From positions 4,150,693-4,214,692 of the forward strand of contig OZ252240.1 of assembly GCA_965249515.1 (NCBI GenBank): a DNA stretch of 64,000 nucleotides, written 5' to 3'. Source of the stretch: Capsulimonadaceae bacterium. Lineage in GTDB: Bacteria; Armatimonadota; Armatimonadia; Armatimonadales; Capsulimonadaceae. Shown here one piece after another: positions 1 through 8,234 of this stretch (the stretch's first letter is position 1; the number at the start of each line of letters is the position of its first letter). The notes beneath the pieces were generated by a model that did not search any database, was not told where the DNA came from, and worked only from the letters and a program-made list of their open reading frames with translations. Made by a program: the position numbers and the translations under genes.

Positions 1-886
1 GAGCGGCTATGCCTGCGACTACCTTCGCGGCTTGCTGCGCGGGGTGGTCGAGAGCCTGCCGCCGTCTATCGAGTACCCGACCGGGATGCTGGAATGCGCC
101 GAAATGAGCTGCCTGGCGAACGGAGACCCGGACTGCCGCTTTCTTGTTGCGACCGCCGACTATCTGGCAGCCAGCGGCTATCGCAAAAGCGACCTCAGCC
201 ACAGCTCGGTGCGCGAAACATTGCTCCGGCTGAACCGTCAGCTCGAAGACGTTCTCGAAGCCGCCAAGCGCGATGCTCTGACTGGACTGTTCAACCGTGC
301 CCACTTCGAGTCGGTCCTGCGGGGCAAGATCGAAAATGCCAAGCGGCGGACCGATACGCTGGCCGTAGCGATGATTGACCTGGATGGTTTCAAGCAAGTC
401 AACGACGGCATGGGGCACGCGATGGGGGATTTGGCGCTGCGTCAGGTGGGCCGCCTGCTCGGGGCGCAGGCGCGGGACACCGACGTTGTCGCCCGTTATG
501 GCGGCGACGAGTTCGCCTGGCTGATGCCGGGGACATCTATGGAAGCCGCGGTGGCGGTAGCAGACCGGATTCGGCGGCTGGTTCAGGAAATGCGCCGTGA
601 GCTGAACCTGCCGATCAGCCTGTCGGTCGGGATCGCCTCGTGCCCGGAAGACGCGGCAAATATCAGCGACTTAATTGACTTTGCCGATGTCGCTATGTAC
701 CAGGCCAAAGGAGCGGGCGGCGATCAGGTGTGCCGCTTCCTCGCCGCCGAAGACGCAAGCCGCGTGCCGCAGCAGCGGCGCCGGGTTCCCCCGCCGCCCG
801 CCGCACGGGAACCGTCCACCGCCCAAGACAGCTCAGCAGACGATTTAGCCGACGATGAGCTGCCCCGGCTCGATCTCGGCGATTAA
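1..886 (+). CDS. diguanylate cyclase, V4R-like sensor region plus GGDEF domain (5' partial)
   Basis: Frame stays open to the window edge (SGYACDYLRGLL...CLANGDPDCRFLV). GGDEF-domain motifs LTGLFNR, DLDGFKQVND and RYGGDEF are present. Confidence 0.85.
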   Translation, partial: SGYACDYLRGLLRGVVESLPPSIEYPTGMLECAEMSCLANGDPDCRFLVATADYLAASGYRKSDLSHSSVRETLLRLNRQLEDVLEAAKRDALTGLFNRAHFESVLRGKIENAKRRTDTLAVAMIDLDGFKQVNDGMGHAMGDLALRQVGRLLGAQARDTDVVARYGGDEFAWLMPGTSMEAAVAVADRIRRLVQEMRRELNLPISLSVGIASCPEDAANISDLIDFADVAMYQAKGAGGDQVCRFLAAEDASRVPQQRRRVPPPPAAREPSTAQDSSADDLADDELPRLDLGD

Positions 887-1650
887 GACAGTCCAGCGCC
901 GACTAAAAGCCGTCGGGCGGCCGCAAGGTCGTCCGGCTTGTCAATGTCCGTGCCGATCTCGGCATAAGACGAGCAGACCCCGACCGCCCGGCCTCCCAAA
1001 AGGTCGCTGACCGCATTTTCCAGTATTCGCACGGACAGCAGACGGGGCAGGGCAAGCTGTGCGCCGAGGAGCCGGGCGAGCAGGCCGTAGCCGAGAAGAG
1101 ACGCCATTTTGGCGGGGCTTTTTCGGGCACCGTAAGCTTCGGTGATGCGTGTTTGGTTGTCCCGCAGGAACTTTGGATTGACGAGCATCACATTTCCCAG
1201 TGTGAAACGGCCCTCGGCGGTCCTGATCGCCGTCCGCTTCAATTCGGGGTACTTGGCGGTGCAGGCCGACAGCGGTACGTAGGAGCAGCAGAGGTCTGCG
1301 CCAATCGCTGTCGCCCGCGAAAGAAAGTCTTCCAGGGCGGCGGGCGTCACGAACGGAATGTCCGACGTGCAGATCAAGACGCGCGTCGAGTCGCCGGCGG
1401 CGCTGAGGCCCGCCAGCACGTTTTCCAGCAGCGTTTCTTGACCCGGAACGACTTTGTATCCATCGCTCCCCGGCACGTCCCCGACCACCAAGATGCGCCC
1501 GACCGACGGTGTCTGCGCCAGCGCCGTGACAACATAATCCAGCATCGTGCGCGGTCCGATTTGGGTCAGCGCCCGGTTTTCGGTGCCGGTCGCCGCCGCC
1601 ATTTCCGGGCTGTTCCGCCCGCCCGCCAGTACCACCACGTCTATCGTCAT
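883..1650 (-). CDS. MobA-like NTP-transferase family protein
   Basis: N-terminal VVVLAGGRNS nucleotide-binding loop. 4-nt overlap with the ispE stop. 255 aa. Confidence 0.6.
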   Translation of the reverse strand: MTIDVVVLAGGRNSPEMAAATGTENRALTQIGPRTMLDYVVTALAQTPSVGRILVVGDVPGSDGYKVVPGQETLLENVLAGLSAAGDSTRVLICTSDIPFVTPAALEDFLSRATAIGADLCCSYVPLSACTAKYPELKRTAIRTAEGRFTLGNVMLVNPKFLRDNQTRITEAYGARKSPAKMASLLGYGLLARLLGAQLALPRLLSVRILENAVSDLLGGRAVGVCSSYAEIGTDIDKPDDLAAARRLLVGAGLS

Positions 1651-2546
1651 ATACTCTCAGTCGCTCCCATTGTTTCCGTGACCCAGACTGTGCCGATACC
1701 TGCTGTCCGCACCGCCTCTGCAATGCGCTCGGCTTCGGCCGGCGAGGATGCCCGCAAAAAGAGGGCCGCGCCGCTGCCGCAAAGCAGCGGCGTGAAACTT
1801 TTTCCGTCCCCGGCTGTCTTTAAGAGCAGGGCATACGCCGCCGCGATCTCGGGATACGCGCCCAGCGTCACACTCTCGAAATCATTGTGCAGGGTTCTGT
1901 CGCCGTTCAGCCAGCGCCCGGTTGCCTGTCCATGCGGGCGATTTGGCAGCGCATCGAGCGCGGCATAGGCGGCGGGAGTGGATACGCCAGCCTGCGGCTT
2001 GACCACGACCAGCGGCCACGCGGGCGATAGCGGCGGCAGGGGCATGATCTTCTCGCCCAGCCCTTCCGCCAGCGCCGTGCCGCAGGTTAAGAAGAACGGC
2101 ACATCAGCCCCGAGCGCCGCGCCGATTTCGGACAATCGTGCGGAGGACAGCCCGAGGCCAAACAAACGGTTTACCAGCGTCAGCGTGGCGGCGGCATCGC
2201 TGCTGCCGCCGCCGAGGCCGGCCTGCGACGGGATGCACTTGTGCAGATGGATGTGCAGGCCGCTCCGCCCGCCCGGCAGGGTGCCCCGCGCCGCGGCGAT
2301 CTTTTGCAGCCGGACGGCGGCTTTGTGGACGATGTTCGACTCGTCCGTGGGAACTCCGGCGGCCTCCTCGCCGGTGACTTCGAGTGTGACACCCGGCGTT
2401 TCCGGGGCGAGTGTCACCGACAGCGTATCGTGCAGGCCGATTGTCTGCATCACCGAGCGGACCTCGTGGTAGCCGTCGGCGTGGCGTTCTCCAACATCGA
2501 GCGTGAGATTGATTTTCGCGTGCGCTTTTGCCGTCAGAGTACTCAT
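1647..2546 (-). CDS. ispE: 4-diphosphocytidyl-2-C-methyl-D-erythritol kinase
   Basis: MSTLTAKAHAKINLTLDV..., GHMP-kinase motif PSQAGLGGGSSDAAA. Start moved to the internal ATG at 2546; the longer track ORF is an Arg/Pro-rich extension. Confidence 0.9.
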   Translation of the reverse strand: MSTLTAKAHAKINLTLDVGERHADGYHEVRSVMQTIGLHDTLSVTLAPETPGVTLEVTGEEAAGVPTDESNIVHKAAVRLQKIAAARGTLPGGRSGLHIHLHKCIPSQAGLGGGSSDAAATLTLVNRLFGLGLSSARLSEIGAALGADVPFFLTCGTALAEGLGEKIMPLPPLSPAWPLVVVKPQAGVSTPAAYAALDALPNRPHGQATGRWLNGDRTLHNDFESVTLGAYPEIAAAYALLLKTAGDGKSFTPLLCGSGAALFLRASSPAEAERIAEAVRTAGIGTVWVTETMGATESI

Positions 2547-3556
2547 AATTTGGCCGCGGCCGAAAGCGATTGCGTGAGCGCCGCCGCGAAGTCGCGGGCG
2601 GTCGCTTCGTGGAAGCGCGGCAGGAGGCCGAGGGCTTCGCCGAGCCGTGCTGGGCCGTGCTTGTCGTCGAATGTCAGCGCCTGTCCGATCAAGTAGCGCA
2701 TCCCAGGCTCGTCCCGCCGGGCGAGCCAAATTTTGCTTGGGCCGACTCTTTTGTACAGCGCCAGCGGCGGGGCGATCAGCAGGCGGTCGAAGTTCGCCGC
2801 GCCGCTGAAATCGCCCCAGAGCGCCGACACCTCCGCCGGGCCGTTCGGGTCCCGCTGAAGCCAGCGCATCAGCAGCCGCTCACCGAGGTAACCGTTCGCC
2901 CAGTATTCCGGGGCATCGTAGCCGCCGATTGCCGGGAGGGCAAGATGGGAATACTCGTGGAGTATCTCGCGCATCCATTCCACCGAGGAGCGCGGCGTTT
3001 CCAAGTTATAGAAGTACAGATTGCTGCGCCACTGCTCGCCGCCATTTTGACCGCCCGCGCAAAGCCAGACATCAAAAGGGGCCGCGCCGTTGGCTGCTTC
3101 CCGCCCGGTTCGCGACACCAGGGTCCGGTGCGCCAGTGCCAGCAGCCGTCCGATCCGGCCGGCTTGCGGTGCCTCCGAGGCCGATGGGTAATGCACGGTG
3201 CAGAAAAGTGTGAGCGACTTCGCGCCCGGCCTGTAGACGTAGGTAACTTTGGCGAACTTCCAATCATGCTGCGGCTCGGCGGCGGGGGTTGGCAGGTAGG
3301 CTTTGGGAACAACCACGGTGCCGAGGCCGTAAGGAAGAAGGGCCGTGTCCACGGGCAGGTCCGGCAGCCAGTCGGGGTCCATCTCCGGCGGCAGCCCCGC
3401 GCTGACCACGCTTTCCAGTGCCGCCGTCGCCGATTTCGATTGGGGATCATGGCGGTGTGCGGCGACCAGCAGCCCGAGCGCCGGATCGGCGCAAATTGGG
3501 CGAAGTAAACAAAGCAGGGTGATTGTCAGGAAAAGAACGGCGAACGAGCGAGCCAT
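2543..3556 (-). CDS. secreted hypothetical protein with HExxH motif (putative metallopeptidase)
   Basis: Signal-peptide-like N-terminus MARSFAVLFLTITLLCLLRPICA. HEYSH motif. ATGA overlap with the ispE start. The upstream 230 aa of the track ORF are antisense to the M48 gene. Confidence 0.55.
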   Translation of the reverse strand: MARSFAVLFLTITLLCLLRPICADPALGLLVAAHRHDPQSKSATAALESVVSAGLPPEMDPDWLPDLPVDTALLPYGLGTVVVPKAYLPTPAAEPQHDWKFAKVTYVYRPGAKSLTLFCTVHYPSASEAPQAGRIGRLLALAHRTLVSRTGREAANGAAPFDVWLCAGGQNGGEQWRSNLYFYNLETPRSSVEWMREILHEYSHLALPAIGGYDAPEYWANGYLGERLLMRWLQRDPNGPAEVSALWGDFSGAANFDRLLIAPPLALYKRVGPSKIWLARRDEPGMRYLIGQALTFDDKHGPARLGEALGLLPRFHEATARDFAAALTQSLSAAAKL

Positions 3557-3601
3557 AGCGCCATTATGACATATTCGGGTTCGAGAAGGCCAGTACAAGT
3601 T

Positions 3602-4795
3602 ATGAAAAAGACAAAAATCGGCATCACTGCACTGCTCGGCTTGGGACTGTGCCTGTCGGCATCCGCTGATACGGACTCGGTTGTGACCATTTCGCCGCCC
3701 CCCGCGCTGACCGCGGCGGACCAGAAGCAGATGGCGAATGAAACCAAGCAGGGCACTGACGCCGAAACAGAAATCGCCAAGTCGGTGAAGCTGGTCAAAG
3801 ACAAGGCCGAAAACGACCGTGTCAACACAATCGGGCAGCGCTTGGCCGCTGTAGTCAACACCACGCAGATTCCGGCGGGTTATGGCAACGCCCGCGTGTA
3901 TCCGTTTGCCTGGCACTTCCATATCATCGAAGACAAAGCAGTCAATGCCTTCTCTCTGCCCGGCGGGCAGGTGTATTTGAACAGCGGGCTGATGAAGACC
4001 GTCCGCTCCGACGATGAGCTGGCAGGGGTCATGAGCCATGAGATGACTCACAGCGCCCATCACCACATCCAGGCCCTGTCGCATGAGCAGAGCAAGATGT
4101 CCACGGCGATGATGGCCGGCTTGCTTGCTGCGCTGCTCGCCCATGTGCCGTCGCGGGACATCGGCAACCTGGCGGCGGGGGCATCGTACACGCAGCTCGG
4201 GATTATGAACACCAAGTATAGTCAGGCGGCGGAACGCGATGCCGACCACGGCGGCACACTTTTAATGGCAAAAGCGGGTTTCAATCCGGTTGGCATGATG
4301 ACATTCATGCAGCGGCTTGGGGACTTCGAGGGCGGCAGCCCGCAGCTCCAGAGGGGTATCTTGCAGGACCACCCGGAAGCCGCCGACCGCGTCTCCGCCA
4401 TCAGCGCCGAGCTTGCCCTGATGAACATTCCCGTTACGGTCGGTGCGATCCGCGAAGTCACTGCCGCGCCGCATGCGTCCGCGCACCTAGACCCGGCGGG
4501 CGGCATTGACATTGTCTATGCCAACCGCACCCTGCCGACTTTGTCCGACCCGGACGGCGACCGTATTCCGGCGATTGTCAGCAGGTTCAACCGCTCGCTT
4601 GACCAGGGTTTGCAGCTTTACCAAGTCGCAGTCAGCGGCAACCAGGTCTTGCTGTCCGACCGCCCGCTCATCACGATTGAGGCGGCGGATGTGCGCCTGC
4701 ATCCCGGCGAGACCCCGGAAACACTGGCGAAAGCCGCGACCAATGCCCTGCGAAGCGGCATCTATTCGCAGACTTTTCCGACCAGCAAGCTGTAA
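3602..4795 (+). CDS. M48 family metallopeptidase (secreted or lipoprotein-like)
   Basis: MKKTKIGITALLGLGLCLSASA signal. AFSLPGGQVYLNSGL and HEMTHSAHHH (HExxH) are typical of Peptidase_M48. Confidence 0.8.
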   Translation: MKKTKIGITALLGLGLCLSASADTDSVVTISPPPALTAADQKQMANETKQGTDAETEIAKSVKLVKDKAENDRVNTIGQRLAAVVNTTQIPAGYGNARVYPFAWHFHIIEDKAVNAFSLPGGQVYLNSGLMKTVRSDDELAGVMSHEMTHSAHHHIQALSHEQSKMSTAMMAGLLAALLAHVPSRDIGNLAAGASYTQLGIMNTKYSQAAERDADHGGTLLMAKAGFNPVGMMTFMQRLGDFEGGSPQLQRGILQDHPEAADRVSAISAELALMNIPVTVGAIREVTAAPHASAHLDPAGGIDIVYANRTLPTLSDPDGDRIPAIVSRFNRSLDQGLQLYQVAVSGNQVLLSDRPLITIEAADVRLHPGETPETLAKAATNALRSGIYSQTFPTSKL

Positions 4796-4822
4796 AAGAC
4801 GCAACTTATTTTCCCGAAACAC

Positions 4823-4852
4823 TTGACAGGCCCGAAATCACGCGGGTATTAT
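4823..4852 (+). promoter_or_regulatory. sigma70-like promoter (TTGACA, 18 bp spacer, TATTAT)
   Basis: TTGACA at 4823-4828 and TATTAT at 4847-4852, about 55 nt upstream of a small ORF. Confidence 0.4.
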
Positions 4853-4907
4853 TGCCCCCGTTACCGAGATTAGGAAACGAAATACCCGAAAGGAGCAGCC
4901 GAGTACC

Positions 4908-5054
4908 ATGTTAGTCCACAATTTGACGATTGAAACATCAAAAACCAGCCCGAACCCGCAGTTCGACCGTTCGGACCGCCTGACGCTTACTGGCACCCTG
5001 TCCGTTTGCGTCCAGTATCCCGCTGCTTCCTTTGCCGGAGGTCTCGTCTCCTAA
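4908..5054 (+). CDS. small hypothetical protein, 48 aa (below the ORF-track length cutoff)
   Basis: AAAGGAG upstream of the ATG. ORF MLVHNLTIETSKTSPNPQFDRSDRLTLTGTLSVCVQYPAASFAGGLVS. Own promoter upstream and terminator downstream. Confidence 0.35.
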   Translation: MLVHNLTIETSKTSPNPQFDRSDRLTLTGTLSVCVQYPAASFAGGLVS

Positions 5055-5082
5055 CACTCACCCTGTTTTGCCCTGTGAGTTG

Positions 5083-5136
5083 AAGACGTCCCGCAAAGGC
5101 CCCAAGCCTGAGCGGAGGGCGTCTTTTTCTTTTTTG
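5083..5136 (+). terminator. rho-independent terminator candidate
   Basis: AAGACG(t)CCC ... GGGCGTCTT stem followed by TTTTTCTTTTTT. Confidence 0.45.
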
Positions 5137-5161
5137 CTTTGCGCGACAGGAGACAAACGCT

Positions 5162-5494
5162 GTGAACTACGACCATTTAGAATTGAAAAACTTTGACACC
5201 GAAGACAATGCTCCACCCCCGCTTTGTCTGGTGCATTATTTCGGAGCTGACCCGCCGGACCCGGACCCCAAGCCGCCGGGTTTGCGGCTTATCGGACGGG
5301 TCGCCGAGCAGCACGGCAATTTAATCATCCTGGAGTTCGCCCCGCCGCCGGAGTCGGCGCAGACGGAAACAGCACAGGCGAAGTGGCAGAAAGCAAGGCA
5401 GTCGGAGCGGATGCAGTCGCGACAGAACTGCGAACTCTTTTTGCTACTGTTGCTGCTCTGCATTCTGGGATGCCTGCTGGCATCCCGATTTTAG
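5162..5494 (+). CDS. hypothetical protein with C-terminal hydrophobic anchor
   Basis: GTG start 9 nt after AGGAG. C-terminal LFLLLLLLCILGCLLA segment. No recognisable family. Confidence 0.3.
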   Translation: MNYDHLELKNFDTEDNAPPPLCLVHYFGADPPDPDPKPPGLRLIGRVAEQHGNLIILEFAPPPESAQTETAQAKWQKARQSERMQSRQNCELFLLLLLLCILGCLLASRF

Positions 5495-5674
5495 GCCCCC
5501 CTGGCTCCTACTATTGGGAGTTGGCGGGCCGTGAAAATTGTGAGTCGCTCGGGCCGAAGCGTGTGGGTTATCCTCCAACCCTGGACTTGGCAGTGCTGGA
5601 ACACTGCGCCGGCCTAAGCTGCCGGTCCCGCTCCCACCGCACATTTGCCTGAGCGGCAAGAATGAATGGCGTGG

Positions 5675-5700
5675 GAATGAATTCCTACAATGAATTCCTA
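5675..5700. repeat. 13-bp perfect tandem duplication (AATGAATTCCTAC x2)
   Basis: Read directly: 5675-5687 equals 5688-5700. Confidence 0.95.
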
Positions 5701-5815
5701 CGCTGTGGGGCGCAGACGCCAAATGACCGCCTGCGCGGGCACGGAGAAGAGAGAAATCACAATCCTATTCCTCGTCCACGAAAGTAGACGGTCGGCGCTT
5801 CGCCCCACAGCGTAG
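5696..5815. repeat. inverted repeat, 16-bp arms (CCTACGCTGTGGGGCG / CGCCCCACAGCGTAGG) about 88 bp apart
   Basis: Arms at 5696-5711 and 5800-5815. The interior contains CCGCCTGCGCGGGC, a motif also seen at 20066-20079. Confidence 0.85.
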
Positions 5816-5856
5816 GATTTTAATCCCATGCTTCTCCATCCCCATGCCTCTGCTTT

Positions 5857-7179
5857 CTAGTGCATGTATTCTTCGGTGAACGTCTTGCGGACAAAGGGGT
5901 GGCTCGTGTTCAGCTCAAGCACCGGGATTTCGTTGCCGCTGTACTGGTCCACAAACGTGTTACTCAGCAGGACGCCCCGGTCGAGGGCTTCGTCAATCAG
6001 TTTGTGGATTTCCGACAGCTCGCGCACGCGCCAGCGGTCGGAGTGGGGCGGGGCGGCCTGCGGCGGCAGGTCCGCTGGGTCCCAATGGCCTTTGTTGTAC
6101 AGGAACTTCGCCAGCAGACGCCGGGCGATGTAGTCGCGGGAGCTGTTGTCAATGTCGTTCGCCGTCAGCACGATGTCGGCAAAATCCGGGCGCAGGTCGG
6201 AAGGAATGTCATCCGGCTCCGCAAGCACGGCGGCGATGTGCGCGGGTGGGGGCGGGGGCCGCATGACCTGCGCGTCATCCTCCGCCAGCCAGACACGGTT
6301 GACCGCGCCCTGCTTTTCAATCGTCACCAGTCCCGCCGCCGACATCTCCGCCAGCAGATCTTTGATGCCGTCCAGCCCATGCTTTTCCGGGCTAAAGCGC
6401 GGGGCGCGGTCACGCATCCGCAGGGCGAGCCAGTGAACGAGGGGTGGATAATTGCTTTCGCCTTCGGTGTCGCGCTGCTCATGGATCAGGCGCATCAACA
6501 CTGCCTGGGCTTCCGCTACAGTCATCTCCGGCAGGATTGGCTCCGGGGCAGCGATTGGCACGGGCTTGGACTGCTCGGCGAGAGAAACCGTCGGTTCCTT
6601 CGGCGGCGGCACACTGGAAATCGGCGGAGCCGCTGGCTGCTGCGATGCCTCCACACGGTCAATGTCCTCGTCGTAAAAGATGATTTCGTCCACGACGCCG
6701 GCCAGGCGGGTGGACGTGCTGCCGGAAACACCGATCATTACCACTTTCGCGCCCCGGCGGCGCAGGGCGGCGGCGATGTGCAGAAAGTCCGCGTCCCCGG
6801 CCACCAGCACGAAGGTCTGAATATGCGGCTCCGTGAACGAGACTTCCAGGCAGTCCAGGCTCATCCGCACATCCACGCTGTTTTTGATCCGCTCCTGCCC
6901 GAACGGGCTGCGCCGGGTCGGCACATAGACCGGCTCGATGCCTGCCTGATACAAGTTCATCTGGTCCCAGGAGCGGCGGTGGTAGTAGTCCTGCCAGTCG
7001 GCATAAGCGCGGAGAACCGTGGGCCGGCCATAACGCTCCTGGACCGCCGACATCAGCGCGGCGATGTTCGGCAGGCGACTCGCTTCGTAAAGACTATATT
7101 TGAAGTTTTCCCAGTCAATGAACAGTGCGACGCTTCCCGAAGCGGGGGGAGGGGGAGGCAGCGGAGACGAAGGGGGCAT
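5857..7179 (-). CDS. NYN-domain (LabA/DUF88-like) protein with OST-HTH/LOTUS-like region
   Basis: VALFIDWENF...LRAYADW...VDVRMSLD...LVAGDADFLHIAAALRRRGAKVVMIGV is typical NYN. A helical region (LVHWLALRMR...GIKDLLAEMSAAGLV) resembles OST-HTH. Confidence 0.8.
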   Translation of the reverse strand: MPPSSPLPPPPPASGSVALFIDWENFKYSLYEASRLPNIAALMSAVQERYGRPTVLRAYADWQDYYHRRSWDQMNLYQAGIEPVYVPTRRSPFGQERIKNSVDVRMSLDCLEVSFTEPHIQTFVLVAGDADFLHIAAALRRRGAKVVMIGVSGSTSTRLAGVVDEIIFYDEDIDRVEASQQPAAPPISSVPPPKEPTVSLAEQSKPVPIAAPEPILPEMTVAEAQAVLMRLIHEQRDTEGESNYPPLVHWLALRMRDRAPRFSPEKHGLDGIKDLLAEMSAAGLVTIEKQGAVNRVWLAEDDAQVMRPPPPPAHIAAVLAEPDDIPSDLRPDFADIVLTANDIDNSSRDYIARRLLAKFLYNKGHWDPADLPPQAAPPHSDRWRVRELSEIHKLIDEALDRGVLLSNTFVDQYSGNEIPVLELNTSHPFVRKTFTEEYMH

Positions 7180-7195
7180 AGGAGAATGTCTTTAG

Positions 7196-7225
7196 GAAAA
7201 AAGCAGGCGGCGTTCGCCGCCTGCT
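7196..7225 (-). terminator. rho-independent terminator downstream of pdxS
   Basis: AGCAGGCGGCG/CGCCGCCTGCT stem. The A-run on the plus strand gives a T-run on the minus strand. Confidence 0.6.
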
Positions 7226-7237
7226 GAAACGGAGCAG

Positions 7238-8143
7238 CTACCAGCCTCGGCTCGCCATCAGCTCTTCGCGCGGCAGGGTGCTGATATTGATGCCGACCAT
7301 CGGCTCGCCAATGTCGCGGGAGACTTCGGCCAAAATCTCCGGGTTGTCGTAATGCGTATTGGCATCCACAATCGCCTTCGCCCGGCGCTTCGGGTCGCCG
7401 GACTTGAAGATGCCCGATCCGACAAAGACCGTCTCGGCCCCGATCTGGCGCATCAGCGCAGCATCAGCGGGGGTAGCGATGCCGCCGGCGCTGAAATTCG
7501 GCACCGGCAGCTTGCCGGTGCGGTGGACTTCCAGGATCAGCTCGTAGGGTGCGCCCATGTTTTTGGCCTCGGTCATCAGCTCCTCAAGAGGCAGAATCTG
7601 AATGCGGCGGATGTCGCGCAGCAGTGTCCGCATATGGCGGACGGCCTCAACAACATTGCCCGAGCCGGCCTCGCCTTTGGTACGGATCAGGGCCGCGCCT
7701 TCGCCGATCCGGCGCAGGGCCTCGCCAAGATCGCGGCAGCCGCAGACGAACGGCACCTTGAAGTCGTGCTTGTCGATATGGAACATATCGTCGGCGGGGG
7801 TCAGCACTTCGGACTCGTCAATAAAGTCCACGCCAAGCGCCTGCAAGATCTGCGCTTCGGCGAAGTGTCCGATCCGCGCTTTCGCCATAACCGGGATTGT
7901 CACCACGTCCATGATCTCTTTGATCATCTTCGGGTCGGACATCCGGGCAACTCCCCCCTGGCGACGAATGTCTGCCGGGACACGCTCCAGGGCCATCACC
8001 GCGACCGCACCCGCTTCTTCGGCGATGATCGCCTGCTCGGGGTTGATGACGTCCATGATGACGCCGCCCTTCAGCATCTCGGCCAGACCCACTTTGGTCT
8101 GCCATGTTGACTTCTGCGCCGTCAATCTCTGCTCTTCCACCAT
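7238..8143 (-). CDS. pdxS: pyridoxal 5'-phosphate synthase lyase subunit
   Basis: [42 protein letters not shown]...[14 protein letters not shown]. Start set at MVEEQRL (8143). Confidence 0.95.
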   Translation of the reverse strand: MVEEQRLTAQKSTWQTKVGLAEMLKGGVIMDVINPEQAIIAEEAGAVAVMALERVPADIRRQGGVARMSDPKMIKEIMDVVTIPVMAKARIGHFAEAQILQALGVDFIDESEVLTPADDMFHIDKHDFKVPFVCGCRDLGEALRRIGEGAALIRTKGEAGSGNVVEAVRHMRTLLRDIRRIQILPLEELMTEAKNMGAPYELILEVHRTGKLPVPNFSAGGIATPADAALMRQIGAETVFVGSGIFKSGDPKRRAKAIVDANTHYDNPEILAEVSRDIGEPMVGINISTLPREELMASRGW

Positions 8144-8189
8144 GTCTGTAGCCGTCCTTCTAAAAACGCGCACTCGAAATAGAAAAATA

Positions 8190-8219
8190 AGTATACCCGA
8201 AATTAGCCGCTCTTGGCAA
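8190..8219 (-). promoter_or_regulatory. sigma70-like promoter for pdxS (TTGCCA, 18 bp spacer, TATACT on minus strand)
   Basis: Reverse complement reads TTGCCA (8219-8214) and TATACT (8195-8190). Confidence 0.4.
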
Positions 8220-8234
8220 GATTTTTTCAGCAAG

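Noticed and set aside
2543-4249. Full 568-aa track ORF.
   Set aside because: Only the C-terminal 338 aa (from the signal-peptide Met at 3556) look real. The upstream part is antisense to the M48 peptidase gene.
5860-7227. 455-aa plus-strand ORF.
   Set aside because: It is an antisense shadow of the NYN-domain gene. It has the Arg/Gly/His-rich composition typical of out-of-frame high-GC ORFs, and no motifs.
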